Shown: one piece after another, positions 52,396 to 63,323 of the stretch | How positions within the stretch are numbered: the stretch's first letter is position 1 | How the letters are laid out: every line of letters starts with the position of its first letter | From: Gammaproteobacteria bacterium | Lineage (GTDB): Bacteria; Pseudomonadota; Gammaproteobacteria; Ga0077536 | Length of the DNA stretch: 64,000 nt | Assembly: GCA_963662545.2 (NCBI GenBank) | Contig: CAXXLL010000003.1 | Span: forward strand, 96,001-160,000 | Reading direction: 5' to 3' | Program-made: the position numbers and the translations under genes | Notes under the pieces: model-generated | Told to the model about the DNA's origin: nothing | Seen by the model: the letters and a program-made list of their open reading frames with translations, nothing else | The model's database searches: none

Positions 52396-54318
52396 TTAAC
52401 CCTCCAACGAATTTTTTCCGCGCTGTGCTACTTCGTGGCGAAGCCGTTGCGCGAAGTCATCGAGTGACATTTCGCCCAAGTCGTCTCCGCCCTGCGCCCG
52501 CACGGCCACGGTTCCGTGTTCCATTTCCCGCTCGCCGACGACGAGCATATAAGGGATACGCTGCAACGTATGCTCGCGGATTTTAAGCCCGATCTTCTCG
52601 TTTCTCAAGTCTGAAGCGGCCCGGAACCCTTGATTCTTCAGGGTTTCCGATACTTGAAACGCGTAATCTGCGTGCTTTTCGGTAATGCTCATCGACACGG
52701 CCTGAATCGGGGCCAGCCACGGGGGGAAACGGCCCGCGTGCTCTTCGATCAGGATCCCGATGAAGCGTTCGAGCGAGCCGAGGAGCGCGCGGTGGATCAT
52801 TACGGGTACACGCCGTACGCCGTCATCGGCGATGAATTTGGCGCCCAGCCGCTCGGGCATCGAAAAATCAACCTGCACGGTCCCACACTGCCACACCCGA
52901 CCGATGCAATCACGCAGGCTAAAGTCGATTTTAGGACCGTAGAACGCGCCTTCACCCGGCTGCACTTTATACTCCAAACCCTTGTTTTTTAGAGCGAGAT
53001 CCAGCGCTGACTCGGCTTTGTCCCAGAGCGAATCGGCGCCGACCCGCTGCTCCGGGCGAAGCGACAGGGCGACTTCAATCTCATCGAAGCCGAAGTCGCG
53101 GTACACCCGAAAAGTCATGTCGATGAGCTGGCTGACCTCGGCCTGCAGGCCGTCCTCCGTGCAGAATATGTGGGCGTCGTCCTGGGTAAAGCGCCGCGCG
53201 CGCAGCAGACCGTGGAGCGTCCCGGACGGCTCGTTGCGGTGCACGATGCCGAATTCTGCAATGCGGTACGGCAAGTCGCGATAACTGCGTAGTGCATGGT
53301 TGAAAATCTGTACGTGCCCGGGACAATTCATCGGTTTAAGGGCGTATTCACGATTTTCCGAGCTCGTCGCGAAGATCATGTCGTGGAATTTGTCCCAGTG
53401 ACCCGATTTCTCCCACAGACTGCGATCGAGCACCTGCGGGGTGTGGACCTCCCGGTAATCGGCATAGCAGACTTCGCGAATGTAGCGCTCGACGACCCGG
53501 TAGAGTGCCCAGCCCTTCTCGTGCCAGAACACCATGCCCGGCGCTTCCTCCTGAAAATGAAAGAGATCCAGTTGCCTCCCGAGTTTCCGGTGATCGCGCT
53601 TCTCCGCTTCCTCCAGGCGATGCAGATAGGCTTTGAGTTCCTTCTTCTCGCCCCAGGCCGTGCCGTAAATACGCTGTAGCATTTCATTGTTCGAATCGCC
53701 GCGCCAATACGCGCCGGCAATCTTGGTCAGCTTGAAGGCCTTGAGTGCGCCGGTGCTCGGTACGTGCGGTCCGCGACACAGATCGACGAAATCTCCCTGA
53801 GCGTAGAGTGAGATCTCGTCCCCGGCAGGGATTGCCGCGATGATCTCCGCTTTGTATTCTTCGCCCATGCCCCGAAAGAAAGCCACCGCCTCGTCCCTGT
53901 CCATGACCCGGCGCTCGATCGCGTAGTCGGCCTTGGCCAGGTCCGCCATGCGTTTCTCAATCGCCTCCAAATCTTCCGGCGTGAACGACCGCTCGAACGC
54001 AAAATCGTAATAGAAACCATCCTCGATGACCGGGCCGATGGTAACCTGAGCCGAGGGAAACAATTGCTTGACGGCTTGCGCCAGCATATGCGCAGTGCTG
54101 TGCCGGATAACGTCGAGCCCGTCGGCGTCGCGCGCGGTAACGATGGCCAGTTCGGCGTCTCGTTCGATTCGATACGCCGTGTCGACCAGACGGCCGTCGA
54201 TCCTTCCGGCCAGTGCCGCCTTCGCGAGACCTGGACCGATAGACGTAGCGACCTCATACACCGTGACCGGCGCTTCGAACTGTTTCTGATTACCGTCGGG
54301 CAGGGTGATGGTGGGCAT
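52396..54318 (-). CDS. thrS: Threonine--tRNA ligase
   Basis: [30 protein letters not shown]. Confidence 0.98.
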   Translation of the reverse strand: MPTITLPDGNQKQFEAPVTVYEVATSIGPGLAKAALAGRIDGRLVDTAYRIERDAELAIVTARDADGLDVIRHSTAHMLAQAVKQLFPSAQVTIGPVIEDGFYYDFAFERSFTPEDLEAIEKRMADLAKADYAIERRVMDRDEAVAFFRGMGEEYKAEIIAAIPAGDEISLYAQGDFVDLCRGPHVPSTGALKAFKLTKIAGAYWRGDSNNEMLQRIYGTAWGEKKELKAYLHRLEEAEKRDHRKLGRQLDLFHFQEEAPGMVFWHEKGWALYRVVERYIREVCYADYREVHTPQVLDRSLWEKSGHWDKFHDMIFATSSENREYALKPMNCPGHVQIFNHALRSYRDLPYRIAEFGIVHRNEPSGTLHGLLRARRFTQDDAHIFCTEDGLQAEVSQLIDMTFRVYRDFGFDEIEVALSLRPEQRVGADSLWDKAESALDLALKNKGLEYKVQPGEGAFYGPKIDFSLRDCIGRVWQCGTVQVDFSMPERLGAKFIADDGVRRVPVMIHRALLGSLERFIGILIEEHAGRFPPWLAPIQAVSMSITEKHADYAFQVSETLKNQGFRAASDLRNEKIGLKIREHTLQRIPYMLVVGEREMEHGTVAVRAQGGDDLGEMSLDDFAQRLRHEVAQRGKNSLEG

Positions 54319-54355
54319 GTCATGCTCCGTGACCGATACGAGAGGTCATCGAAAT

Positions 54356-54432
54356 TGGTAGGCGCGATTGGACTCGAACCAACGACCCCCACCATGTCAA
54401 GGTGGTGCTCTAACCAGCTGAGCTACGCGCCT
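54356..54432 (-). tRNA. tRNA-Val(GAC)
   Basis: AGGCGCG stem, CCACC-TTGACAT-GGTGG anticodon arm, GGTTCGAGTCC, CCA end. Confidence 0.96.
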
Positions 54433-54627
54433 ATTACTTAATAATCCTTACCTGCCATCCCTGGCGCAACGTATTCGTCTTCGTTTAGCCCCAGCCCGGC
54501 CAATCGTGGCCGGGTGCTCGCTGGGAGAAAGCTATGTTAAATGGCTTTCTCTTTTTCCGGCTCGCCCATCGCCGGGCGCGGATTATAAGCCAGAAAGCGC
54601 GGCCTTAGCGAACATGGCGCGGGCTAT

Positions 54628-57600
54628 TCAGGCGATCGTTTCTTGTACAGCCGGTATTTGTTGCCGGGCGGCATCCGCACCGTGGTCGCGGGCCAGTAGG
54701 AGGTAGAAAGCCGGCACCACGAAAAGCGTGAAAACGGTGCCGATGCCAAGCCCGCTCGCAATCACGAGTCCGATGTGAAAGCGGCTGACGGCACCTGGGC
54801 CGCTTGCGGTCAGCAGCGGGACCATGGCGACGACCATTGAGATGGTCGTCATTAATATCGGGCGCAGACGAATGCGCGCGGCCTCCTCGATCGCTTCGCG
54901 CTTGGGCAGACCGCGTACGATCTGGACCTGGTTCGCGAACTCGACGATCAAGATTCCATTCTTGGTAATGAGGCCGATCAGGGTGATCAGCCCGACCTGC
55001 GTATAAATGTTGGAGGTGGCAAACCCGAGTGCAATGAAGATCATCGCCCCGGCGATCGACATAGGTACCGACATCAATATGATCAGCGGATCCCGCCAGC
55101 TTTCGAACTGCGCGGCGAGTACGAGGTAGATCACGAGCAGTGCGACGAAAAACGTCATCATCAGCGCGCTGCCCTGCTGCGCATATTGACGTGACTCGCC
55201 GGCGTAATCCCACGAATAATTCTTCGGCAAGATTTCTCTCGCCGCCATCTCCAAGTAGTCGAGGGCGTCGCCCATGGCGACGCCCTCCGCCGGGACGCCC
55301 TCGAGGATGACCGCATTCAATTGCTGGAATTGGAGCCGCTCGCTCGGTTCCACCGAGCGCTCGAAGGAGACGATGGTAGACAGGGACACCAGCTTGCCGT
55401 CTCCGGTGCGCACGTAATAATCGTCGAGCATGTCCTGGCTCGCGCGGAACTTGCGTTCGACCTGCGGAATCACCTTGTAACTCCGGCCTTCCAGGTTGAA
55501 CCAGTTGACGTGATTGCCGCCCAACAGAGTCGCCAGCTCCTGGCCCAGGTCGTCCATCCGAATGCCGAGTATCCCTGCGCGATTGCGATCGATCAGGATG
55601 GTCGCTTTGGGCCGATTGAACTCGACCGATTTCTGCAAAAACATGAAACGCCCGCTTTGCATGGCGCGGCCGAGCAGTTCATCCACCACGCCGTCGAGCG
55701 CTTCGTAGTCGGCCGCCGAGGTCACCACGAACTGAACCGGCAGACCGCGGCCGGGTGACGGCAGGCTCGGGCGCCCAAACGCGGAGACTTGAAGGCCCGT
55801 AATCCCGAAAAGCTTCTGTTGCAATTCGTTCTGCACCTCCCACTGCGCGCGCTCGCGCTGCGAAGTGGGCGGCATCTTGAAACCCATGAAGATCGTGTTG
55901 CGCGCATTGTTGAAGCCGAGCATCGCAAAGCTTTCCTGATGCTCCGGAATGTCTTCGAACAACTCCACCATGCGATGGCCGTAATATTCGTCGTATTCGA
56001 CCGTGGCCGTCTGCGGTCCCCGCGCCATCATGAAGATGATGCTTTGATCCTCCATCGGAGCGAGTTCCGTCTGGCTCATGACGAACATGAAATATATGCT
56101 GACCAGGATCGCAATGCCGAACACGACGATGACTGAGGTGAAGTCGAGGAATTTATGCAAGACCGCCTTGTAGGCATCCGCGAGGACGTTGAAGATTCGC
56201 TCAACGAGCAGCTCGAAACGACCGTGCTTGTCGGCCTTGAACACTCTCGAACACAACATGGGCGATAAGGTCAGCGCAACGACGCCTGAGATCAGCACCG
56301 CGCCGGCGAGAGTAAAGGCGAATTCGGTGAACAAGGTTCCTACCAGCCCGCCCATAAATCCGATCGGCGCGTAGACGGCAATCAAGGTCGTGGTCATCGC
56401 GATGATGGGAAGCTGCAGTTGCCGCGCACCGACGAACGCGGCCTCCAGCGGCGCACGCCCCTTTTCGATGTGGCGGTGGATGTTCTCGGCGATGACGATG
56501 GCATCGTCGACCACCAGGCCGATTGCCAGCACCAATGCGAGCAAGGTCAGCAGATTGATGGAAAAGCCCATCAAGAGCATCAGGAAAGCGCCGCCGATGA
56601 GCGACAGCGGCAGCGCGACAGCGGGGATGAACGCGGCGCGCACCGACCCCAAAGTTAGCAGAATGACGCTGAGCACGATGAGTACGGCCTGGGCCAGGGT
56701 GGTGAACACTTCCTCGATCGATTCCTGGATGAATTCGCTGGCGTCGTACGGAATGAACACCTTGAGCCCGCTCGGCATCTGTGCACTGATGTCGGGGATC
56801 TCCGCGTGAATCCGCTCGGCAACCGTCAGGGGATTGGCACCGGGCGTCGGGGTGATGCCGAGGAAAAGCGCCGTCTTGCCGTTGTACCAGGCGGTCGATT
56901 CGTAATCCTCGGCACCGAGTTCCATGCGGGCGACGTCCGAGAGGCGCACGATGACGCCGGTTTCCTCGCGCACCACCAGGTCCCTGAATTCATCGACGCT
57001 CGAGATGTCGGTCGTCGCGCTCAAGTCGACGGCGACGTACTCGCCTTTAGTTTCCCCGGCACCGGACAAGTAATTATTGGCGAGTAAAACGCGGCGAACG
57101 TCAGCCGCCGTAACGTTCATGGCCGCCATGCGCCGGGGATCAAGCCAGATACGCATGGCATAGGTCTTGTCCCCGATCATCCTCGCCTTGGCAACGCCGG
57201 GGATCGCCTGCAGCCGGGGCCGCACTACGCGGATCAGGTAATCCGTGATTTCCGGCGGCGACATCGAATCGCTGTAAAACGCCAGATACATCAGCGCCGT
57301 TGGATTGCCCGTCTGCGAATCGATAACCGGATCGTTGGCCTCCTCCGGCAGCACGTTGCGCTGGCTCGCGACCTTGGCCTGGATCTCGGCGACCGCGGCA
57401 TTGGGATCGTAATTGAGCTCCATGTATGCCTCGATCACGGAGATCCCCTGCTTGCTGGTGGCCTTGAGAAAATCGATGCCGTCGGCTTCCGCGATCGCTT
57501 GCTGCAAGGGCGTGGTGATGAAGCCCTTGACGAGTTCACTGCTGGCGCCCGGATAGGTCGTACGCACGGTGATCAGGGTGTTCTCGGTTTTCGGATACTG

Positions 57601-57705
57601 CCGTAGTTCCAGCAGCGTAATCGAGCGCACGCCGAGGACGAGGATCATCAAGCTGATGACGCTCGCGAGGACCGGGCGGCGGATGAAGATGTCGGTCAGG
57701 TTCAA
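54628..57705 (-). CDS. RND efflux permease (AcrB/MexW-like)
   Basis: FIRRPVLA, GLVVDDAIV, KNGILIVEFA, RLRPILMT. Confidence 0.95.
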   Translation of the reverse strand: MNLTDIFIRRPVLASVISLMILVLGVRSITLLELRQYPKTENTLITVRTTYPGASSELVKGFITTPLQQAIAEADGIDFLKATSKQGISVIEAYMELNYDPNAAVAEIQAKVASQRNVLPEEANDPVIDSQTGNPTALMYLAFYSDSMSPPEITDYLIRVVRPRLQAIPGVAKARMIGDKTYAMRIWLDPRRMAAMNVTAADVRRVLLANNYLSGAGETKGEYVAVDLSATTDISSVDEFRDLVVREETGVIVRLSDVARMELGAEDYESTAWYNGKTALFLGITPTPGANPLTVAERIHAEIPDISAQMPSGLKVFIPYDASEFIQESIEEVFTTLAQAVLIVLSVILLTLGSVRAAFIPAVALPLSLIGGAFLMLLMGFSINLLTLLALVLAIGLVVDDAIVIAENIHRHIEKGRAPLEAAFVGARQLQLPIIAMTTTLIAVYAPIGFMGGLVGTLFTEFAFTLAGAVLISGVVALTLSPMLCSRVFKADKHGRFELLVERIFNVLADAYKAVLHKFLDFTSVIVVFGIAILVSIYFMFVMSQTELAPMEDQSIIFMMARGPQTATVEYDEYYGHRMVELFEDIPEHQESFAMLGFNNARNTIFMGFKMPPTSQRERAQWEVQNELQQKLFGITGLQVSAFGRPSLPSPGRGLPVQFVVTSAADYEALDGVVDELLGRAMQSGRFMFLQKSVEFNRPKATILIDRNRAGILGIRMDDLGQELATLLGGNHVNWFNLEGRSYKVIPQVERKFRASQDMLDDYYVRTGDGKLVSLSTIVSFERSVEPSERLQFQQLNAVILEGVPAEGVAMGDALDYLEMAAREILPKNYSWDYAGESRQYAQQGSALMMTFFVALLVIYLVLAAQFESWRDPLIILMSVPMSIAGAMIFIALGFATSNIYTQVGLITLIGLITKNGILIVEFANQVQIVRGLPKREAIEEAARIRLRPILMTTISMVVAMVPLLTASGPGAVSRFHIGLVIASGLGIGTVFTLFVVPAFYLLLARDHGADAARQQIPAVQETIA

Positions 57706-58799
57706 GGCGTTTCGCTCGCCAGGGCGGCGGAGACGTTTTCTGTGATCGTGACCGGCATGCCGTTGCGAAGCTTATTCTGTCCCACCGCAACGACCCGATC
57801 GCCCCGCGCGATCTCCGCGACAATTTCGACGCGCCCGTCGCGCACTTCCCCGGTCCGCACCCGCCGGCGCTCGACGATGGTGGCACCGTCCTGCTCGACG
57901 ACGATGAATACGGTGTCGCCGAAGGGGCTGTAGGTCACTGCGGTCTCCGGCAGCGACAACACCTCTTTACGCGCTGGTTCGATCGTCCACACCTCGGCGA
58001 ACATACCGGGACGCAGCCGCCGCTCGGGATTGGCCAGCGTCGCGCGAATTCTCACACTGCGGGTGTTGGGATCGATGCCCGGTTCGATGGCGGTGATTGC
58101 GCCGTGAAACTTTTCCCCGGGATAGGCCGGCACTTCGATTTCGATGGCCTGGTCGATCGCCAGCCGGCTCAGGAACTGCTCCGGCAACGCGTAATCGACG
58201 TGAATCGGGTCGAGCATTTGCAGCGGCACGACCGGATCACCCGGCTCGAGATGTTCGCCGAGATCGATCATGCGTATGCCCAGCGTCCCATCGAAAGGCG
58301 CGTAGACCCGCTTACGCGCGATATAGGCCTTCTTGGCCTGCATCGCGGCTTCTGCCTCATCGCGCGCAGCACGCGCCGCGTCGTAATCCGATTGCGAGAT
58401 CTGATGTTCGCCCAGCAGTCTCTTGGCGCGTTCAAACTGCAATTCCCGCAATTCGCGCGCGGCGATCAAACCGTCGAGCTCGGCCATGTCGACGCCGATG
58501 TCCATTTGCACCAGGATCTTCCCGCGCTTGACCTCTTCGCCGGATTCGAATTTGATTTCGGTCACGGTGCCGGGCAGTGGAGCGGTCACGTCGATCCCCT
58601 GCTCGGCGACGACGGATCCCACGGCGAACAAGGTCTGCCGCCAGCTTTCGGACTGGAGCTCAGCCACGGTGACGGCGGACGGCGGAAATACACGGCTGCT
58701 GATGGCCGCCATCTCCTCCATCTTTTTCATCTTCAGCGCATAGGTCGCGCCACCGACGCCGGCGATCACGATGACGATGAGAAGGAGACGCTTAATCAC
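57702..58799 (-). CDS. RND periplasmic adaptor (membrane fusion protein)
   Basis: N-terminal TM helix, APFDG.LG, LRPGMF. Confidence 0.93.
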   Translation of the reverse strand: MIKRLLLIVIVIAGVGGATYALKMKKMEEMAAISSRVFPPSAVTVAELQSESWRQTLFAVGSVVAEQGIDVTAPLPGTVTEIKFESGEEVKRGKILVQMDIGVDMAELDGLIAARELRELQFERAKRLLGEHQISQSDYDAARAARDEAEAAMQAKKAYIARKRVYAPFDGTLGIRMIDLGEHLEPGDPVVPLQMLDPIHVDYALPEQFLSRLAIDQAIEIEVPAYPGEKFHGAITAIEPGIDPNTRSVRIRATLANPERRLRPGMFAEVWTIEPARKEVLSLPETAVTYSPFGDTVFIVVEQDGATIVERRRVRTGEVRDGRVEIVAEIARGDRVVAVGQNKLRNGMPVTITENVSAALASETP

Positions 58800-58865
58800 G
58801 GGCGGGCATTATAGCGGGCCGTTGCTGTTTGACAGCGATAGTAGATTACCTAACCGAAAGGCTTC

Positions 58866-60890
58866 TTAACGAACAGCAACGACCGGCATGTCGAGCAGAT
58901 CCGTCTTGAGCGCCGCGATCTCGTCGCGGATGCGGGCAGCCTCTTCGAATTCCAGATCGCGCGCATGACGATACATGCGTTCTTCCAATTGTTTAACCTT
59001 CTTCATCAACCCCTCATCGGACAGCCCGGCATATTCGGCCCGCTTCTCGGCGGCACGAAGCGCCCGACGCGGTTTTCCGGTGCCCGATGAATAGGCACCT
59101 TCCATAATGTCCGTGACATGCTTGCGGATCCCTTTCGGCGTGATGCCGTGCTCGATATTGAATTCGATCTGCACCTGCCGGCGCCGCTCCATCTCGTCCA
59201 GCGCTCGTTGCATCGAACCGGTCACGGTATCCGCATACATAATGGCGCGACCGTCGATATTGCGCGCGGCGCGGCCGGTGGTCTGGATCAACGACCGATC
59301 GGACCGCAGAAAGCCTTCCTTGTCGGCATCGAGAATTGCAACCAGTGATACCTCGGGAAGGTCCAAGCCTTCGCGCAGCAGATTGATCCCGACCAACACA
59401 TCGAATTCACCGAGCCGCAGATCGCGGATGATTTCCACGCGCTCGACGGTGTCGATGTCCGAGTGCAGATACCGCACCCGCACCCCATGCTCGGCGAGGT
59501 AGTCGGTCAAGTCCTCGGCCATGCGTTTGGTCAAGGTCGTCACCAGCACGCGCTCGTTGCGTGCCGCGCAGATGTTGATTTCCGACAGCAAATCATCAAC
59601 CTGGGTTCCGACTGGCCGCACTTCGACTCGCGGGTCGATCAGCCCCGTAGGCCGCACGACCAATTCGACCACCCGATCAGCGTGTTTTTCCTCGTAAGGC
59701 CCGGGCGTCGCGGACGTGAAGATCATCTGCGGCGCCATTTGTTCAAATTCATCGAACCTGAGCGGCCGGTTATCGAGTGCCGACGGCAGCCTGAATCCAT
59801 ATTCCACCAGGTTTTCCTTGCGCGAGCGATCGCCCCGGTACATGCCGCCCAACTGTGGCACGGTCACGTGGCTTTCGTCGATTACGAGCAGCGTGTTCTT
59901 CGGCAGGTATTCGAACAGCGTCGCCGGCGGCTCGCCGGGCGCACGCCCGGAGAGGTGACGGCTGTAGTTCTCGATGCCGTTGCAGTAGCCGATCTCGGCC
60001 ATCATCTCGATGTCGAAACGCGCGCGCTGCTCCAGGCGCTGCGCCTCAACGAGCTTGTTGAGCGCGCGCAATTGTTCGAGCCGTTCGACCAGTTCGACCT
60101 TGATCGTCTCGATCGCCCGCAGCACGGTTTCGCGCGCCGTCACGTAATGCGATTTCGGGTAAATCGTAAAACGCGGCACCTTGCGCAGAACTTCGCCGGT
60201 AAGGGGATCGAAGTGCGCCAGCGATTCTATTTCGTCGTCGAACAACTCCACGCGCAAGGCATTCCGATCCGATTCCGCGGGGAAAATGTCGATGATCTCC
60301 CCGTGAACCCGGTAGCTGCCGCGTTCCAGTTCGTAATCGTTGCGCCGGTACTGGAGATCCGCAAGCCGCCGCAGAAGCGCTCGCTGATCGATGATGTCCC
60401 CACGGCGCAGGTGCAGCACCATGGCATGGTATTCGTCGGGCTCACCCAGGCCGTAGATGGCCGAGACCGTGGCCACAATGATCGTATCGGGCCGCTCTAG
60501 CAGTGCCTTGGTCGCCGACAGACGCATCTGCTCGATGTGATCGTTGATCGAGGCGTCCTTCTCTATATAAGTGTCCGAAGCCGGAACATAGGCCTCGGGC
60601 TGGTAGTAATCGTAGTAGGACACGAAATACTCGACCGCGTTCTGCGGGAAGAACTCGCGCATCTCACCGTAGAGTTGCGCGGCGAGGGTCTTGTTCGGCG
60701 CCATTATCAGGGTCGGACGCTGCACTGCCTCGATCACTTTCGCGATGGTAAAGGTCTTGCCGGAACCGGTGACGCCGAGCAGCGTCTGATGATAGAGGCC
60801 GGCTTCAAGCCCTTCGACCAGCGCCGCAATGGCTTGCGGCTGGCCGCCGGCGGGGTCGAATGTCGATTCGAGAGCGAGGTTCTTGCTCAT
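58866..60890 (-). CDS. uvrB: Excinuclease ABC subunit B
   Basis: [33 protein letters not shown]. Confidence 0.98.
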   Translation of the reverse strand: MSKNLALESTFDPAGGQPQAIAALVEGLEAGLYHQTLLGVTGSGKTFTIAKVIEAVQRPTLIMAPNKTLAAQLYGEMREFFPQNAVEYFVSYYDYYQPEAYVPASDTYIEKDASINDHIEQMRLSATKALLERPDTIIVATVSAIYGLGEPDEYHAMVLHLRRGDIIDQRALLRRLADLQYRRNDYELERGSYRVHGEIIDIFPAESDRNALRVELFDDEIESLAHFDPLTGEVLRKVPRFTIYPKSHYVTARETVLRAIETIKVELVERLEQLRALNKLVEAQRLEQRARFDIEMMAEIGYCNGIENYSRHLSGRAPGEPPATLFEYLPKNTLLVIDESHVTVPQLGGMYRGDRSRKENLVEYGFRLPSALDNRPLRFDEFEQMAPQMIFTSATPGPYEEKHADRVVELVVRPTGLIDPRVEVRPVGTQVDDLLSEINICAARNERVLVTTLTKRMAEDLTDYLAEHGVRVRYLHSDIDTVERVEIIRDLRLGEFDVLVGINLLREGLDLPEVSLVAILDADKEGFLRSDRSLIQTTGRAARNIDGRAIMYADTVTGSMQRALDEMERRRQVQIEFNIEHGITPKGIRKHVTDIMEGAYSSGTGKPRRALRAAEKRAEYAGLSDEGLMKKVKQLEERMYRHARDLEFEEAARIRDEIAALKTDLLDMPVVAVR

Positions 60891-60973
60891 CGACGGGTCA
60901 AGGCATCGATGTGAGGTGTCATGCTTGCGGGGTCATCAGGAGTTCGTATAGTACACGGCCCCCGCGTCGCCCA

Positions 60974-62185
60974 ATGCAAACGAAAGAGGAGGTTCGCGCC
61001 TTGGAGGTCAAACCGTCACTACGCGCGCAAAGCGTCAGGCCGTCACCGACGATGGCGATATCCGCGAAAGCTGCCGAGCTGGAACGCGCAGGTAAAGACA
61101 TCCTGAGCCTCGCGGCCGGCGAACCGGATTTCGACACGCCCGAGCACGTCAAGGCCGCTGCGATAGTCGCGATCAACGATGGGTTTACTAAGTACACGGC
61201 GGTGGACGGCACGCTCGAATTGAAACAGGCCATCATCGAAAAATTCGAGCGGGAAAACAACTTGCGGTTCTCCCTGGAGCAGATATTGGTATCGAGCGGC
61301 TGCAAGCACAGCATTTACAACCTGATGCAGGCGCTGTTGAACGATGGCGACGAAGTGATCATCCCCGCGCCATATTGGGTGTCGTACCCTGACATGGCAC
61401 GCTTGGCGGGCGCCGAACCCGTCATCCTGCGAACGGACATCGCGAGCTGTTTCAAGATCACCGCCGAGCAGCTTCGCGGCGCTCTCGGTAAGCGCTCGCG
61501 GCTGCTGATCCTGAACAGTCCATCGAATCCGAGCGGCAGCGTATATACGCGATCCGAACTCGAAGCGCTGGGCTCCGTTTTGATCGATTTTCCGGACGTC
61601 TGCGTCGCCACCGACGACATTTACGAACACATCCTGTGGACCGGCGAACCTTTTATCAACGTACTCAATGCCGTGCCCCAGTTGCACGAGCGCACCGTGG
61701 TCCTGAACGGGGTATCCAAGGCCTATGCGATGACCGGCTGGCGGATAGGCTACGCCGCCGGTCCGGCAAGCCTCATTGCAGCGATGAAGAAGATCCAGTC
61801 GCAAAGCACCTCGAACCCGACTTCGATCGCGCAGGTCGCAGCGACGGCCGCATTGAACGGCGACCAGTCGTCGCTGGCGGAGCAATCCGCCGTCTTCAAG
61901 CAACGGCATGATTTCGTCATCCGTGAACTGGATCGGATCAAGGGCGTCGAGGTGCAGCCGTCGGCAGAGACCTTCTACACCTTCCCCGACATGAGCGGCG
62001 TCATCGAGCGCGCGGCCGATATCGACGACGACCTGCAACTCGCGGCATACCTGCTGGACCACGCGGGCGTCGCCGGCGTCCCCGGATCGGCGTTCGGCGC
62101 TGCAGGGTGCATGCGGTTTCCCTACGCAACCAGCATGGACGTGCTGAAGGACGCGATGACCAGGCTACAAGAGGCGCTTACCTGA
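60974..62185 (+). CDS. Class I PLP aminotransferase (aspartate aminotransferase-like)
   Basis: GEPDFDTP, NSPSNPSG, DDIYE, SKAYAMTGWRIGY; start may instead be TTG at 61001. Confidence 0.93.
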   Translation: MQTKEEVRALEVKPSLRAQSVRPSPTMAISAKAAELERAGKDILSLAAGEPDFDTPEHVKAAAIVAINDGFTKYTAVDGTLELKQAIIEKFERENNLRFSLEQILVSSGCKHSIYNLMQALLNDGDEVIIPAPYWVSYPDMARLAGAEPVILRTDIASCFKITAEQLRGALGKRSRLLILNSPSNPSGSVYTRSELEALGSVLIDFPDVCVATDDIYEHILWTGEPFINVLNAVPQLHERTVVLNGVSKAYAMTGWRIGYAAGPASLIAAMKKIQSQSTSNPTSIAQVAATAALNGDQSSLAEQSAVFKQRHDFVIRELDRIKGVEVQPSAETFYTFPDMSGVIERAADIDDDLQLAAYLLDHAGVAGVPGSAFGAAGCMRFPYATSMDVLKDAMTRLQEALT

Positions 62186-62197
62186 ACGGCGCGCGCG

Positions 62198-62226
62198 TTG
62201 ATCCGATCTTGGGGCCTCAGTACCAT
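62198..62226 (+). promoter_or_regulatory. Sigma-70 promoter of tRNA-Asn
   Basis: TTGATC-17 nt-TACCAT followed by a GC-rich discriminator. Confidence 0.65.
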
Positions 62227-62243
62227 ACGCGCCTCCCTCCCAA

Positions 62244-62319
62244 TCCCCGGTAGCTCAGTTGGTAGAGCGGGTGACTGTTAATCACTAGGTCGGCGGTTCG
62301 AGCCCGTCCCGGGGAGCCA
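62244..62319 (+). tRNA. tRNA-Asn(GTT)
   Basis: TCCCCGG stem, GGTGA-CTGTTAA-TCACT anticodon arm, GGTTCGAGCCC, CCA end. Confidence 0.96.
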
Positions 62320-62438
62320 TCGAATTTCCACTTTCGTCCAACACCGGATATCGCGAACAGGCAAAAGGCAAGACCTGACCCCGGTGCTCAGAAACCGCGG
62401 TGACCTGGGCGCGCAAGGCGAATTTGACGAATTCCAGC

Positions 62439-62478
62439 CAAGCAAACAAGCAAACAAGCAAACAAGCAAACAAGCAAA
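62439..62478 (+). repeat. (CAAGCAAA)x5 tandem repeat
   Basis: Five perfect 8-bp units abutting the RBS of the next gene. Confidence 0.95.
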
Positions 62479-62488
62479 GGACCATCCC

Positions 62489-62863
62489 ATGTCGATTAAA
62501 AAGCTGCTCGATATGCTGACGATCGCCTGGAATGAACAGGACGTCGATACGATCCTTTCGCTGTTTGCCGAAGACGGCACCTATCACGAGCCTAGCGGGC
62601 CAGAGAACCTGGGCCGAAGTCACACCGGCCATGCCGCCATTCGCGCGGTGCTAGAAAAGGGATTTGCGGCTTTCCCCGACGGCACCATAGTCCCGACTAA
62701 GCTCGCCAACATTGCCGACGATAGCGCGTGTTCGGAGTGGGATTTCGAATTTTCGGATAAAGGCGGCAGAAAGATGAAAGTGCACGGCGTTGATGTCTTC
62801 ACCTTTGAGAACGGCAAGATCAAGCATAAGAACGCGTTTTTGAAGCGGTACGTCGGAGTATAG
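62489..62863 (+). CDS. SnoaL/NTF2-like protein
   Basis: AWNEQDVD.I.SLFAEDG, G..AIR, GVDVFTFENGKI..K. Confidence 0.85.
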   Translation: MSIKKLLDMLTIAWNEQDVDTILSLFAEDGTYHEPSGPENLGRSHTGHAAIRAVLEKGFAAFPDGTIVPTKLANIADDSACSEWDFEFSDKGGRKMKVHGVDVFTFENGKIKHKNAFLKRYVGV

Positions 62864-63323
62864 ATTCTATGTCGATGCGCAAGCGTAACGTTCCATCTCG
62901 TACTCCTCCATAAAAAGGGGACATCCCTAATTAAGCGTAGATCGTGGCGTTATTCCGGGACGAAAAAGTGGAATGTCCCCTTTATCCCCTCGTCGTTCAC
63001 AGATTGTCTTGCAACAACTGAGATCAACTCGAGCCATGCAGATTCAACGAACCGACAAATCAATCTATCGCTTTGTATTTCGTTGGAGTTTTATGGGGAT
63101 TCCTCAGGGTGTTAGGTTTATTTTTTCCGTAGATAGCGAACGGCTCTAAATAAACCTGACACCTTTTCTTTCCGATTGAACTGCATGATCGCTCCTCCCG
63201 GTCGAATTAATCGATCGGTATTGAATCACATACGGCTAAAATGAGTGTCGCCATCATCGAACCGCTCGTGTTTGCCGGCGCGCTCGGTTTAATATCGGCG
63301 CCAAAGAAACAGGAGGCGCCCGC

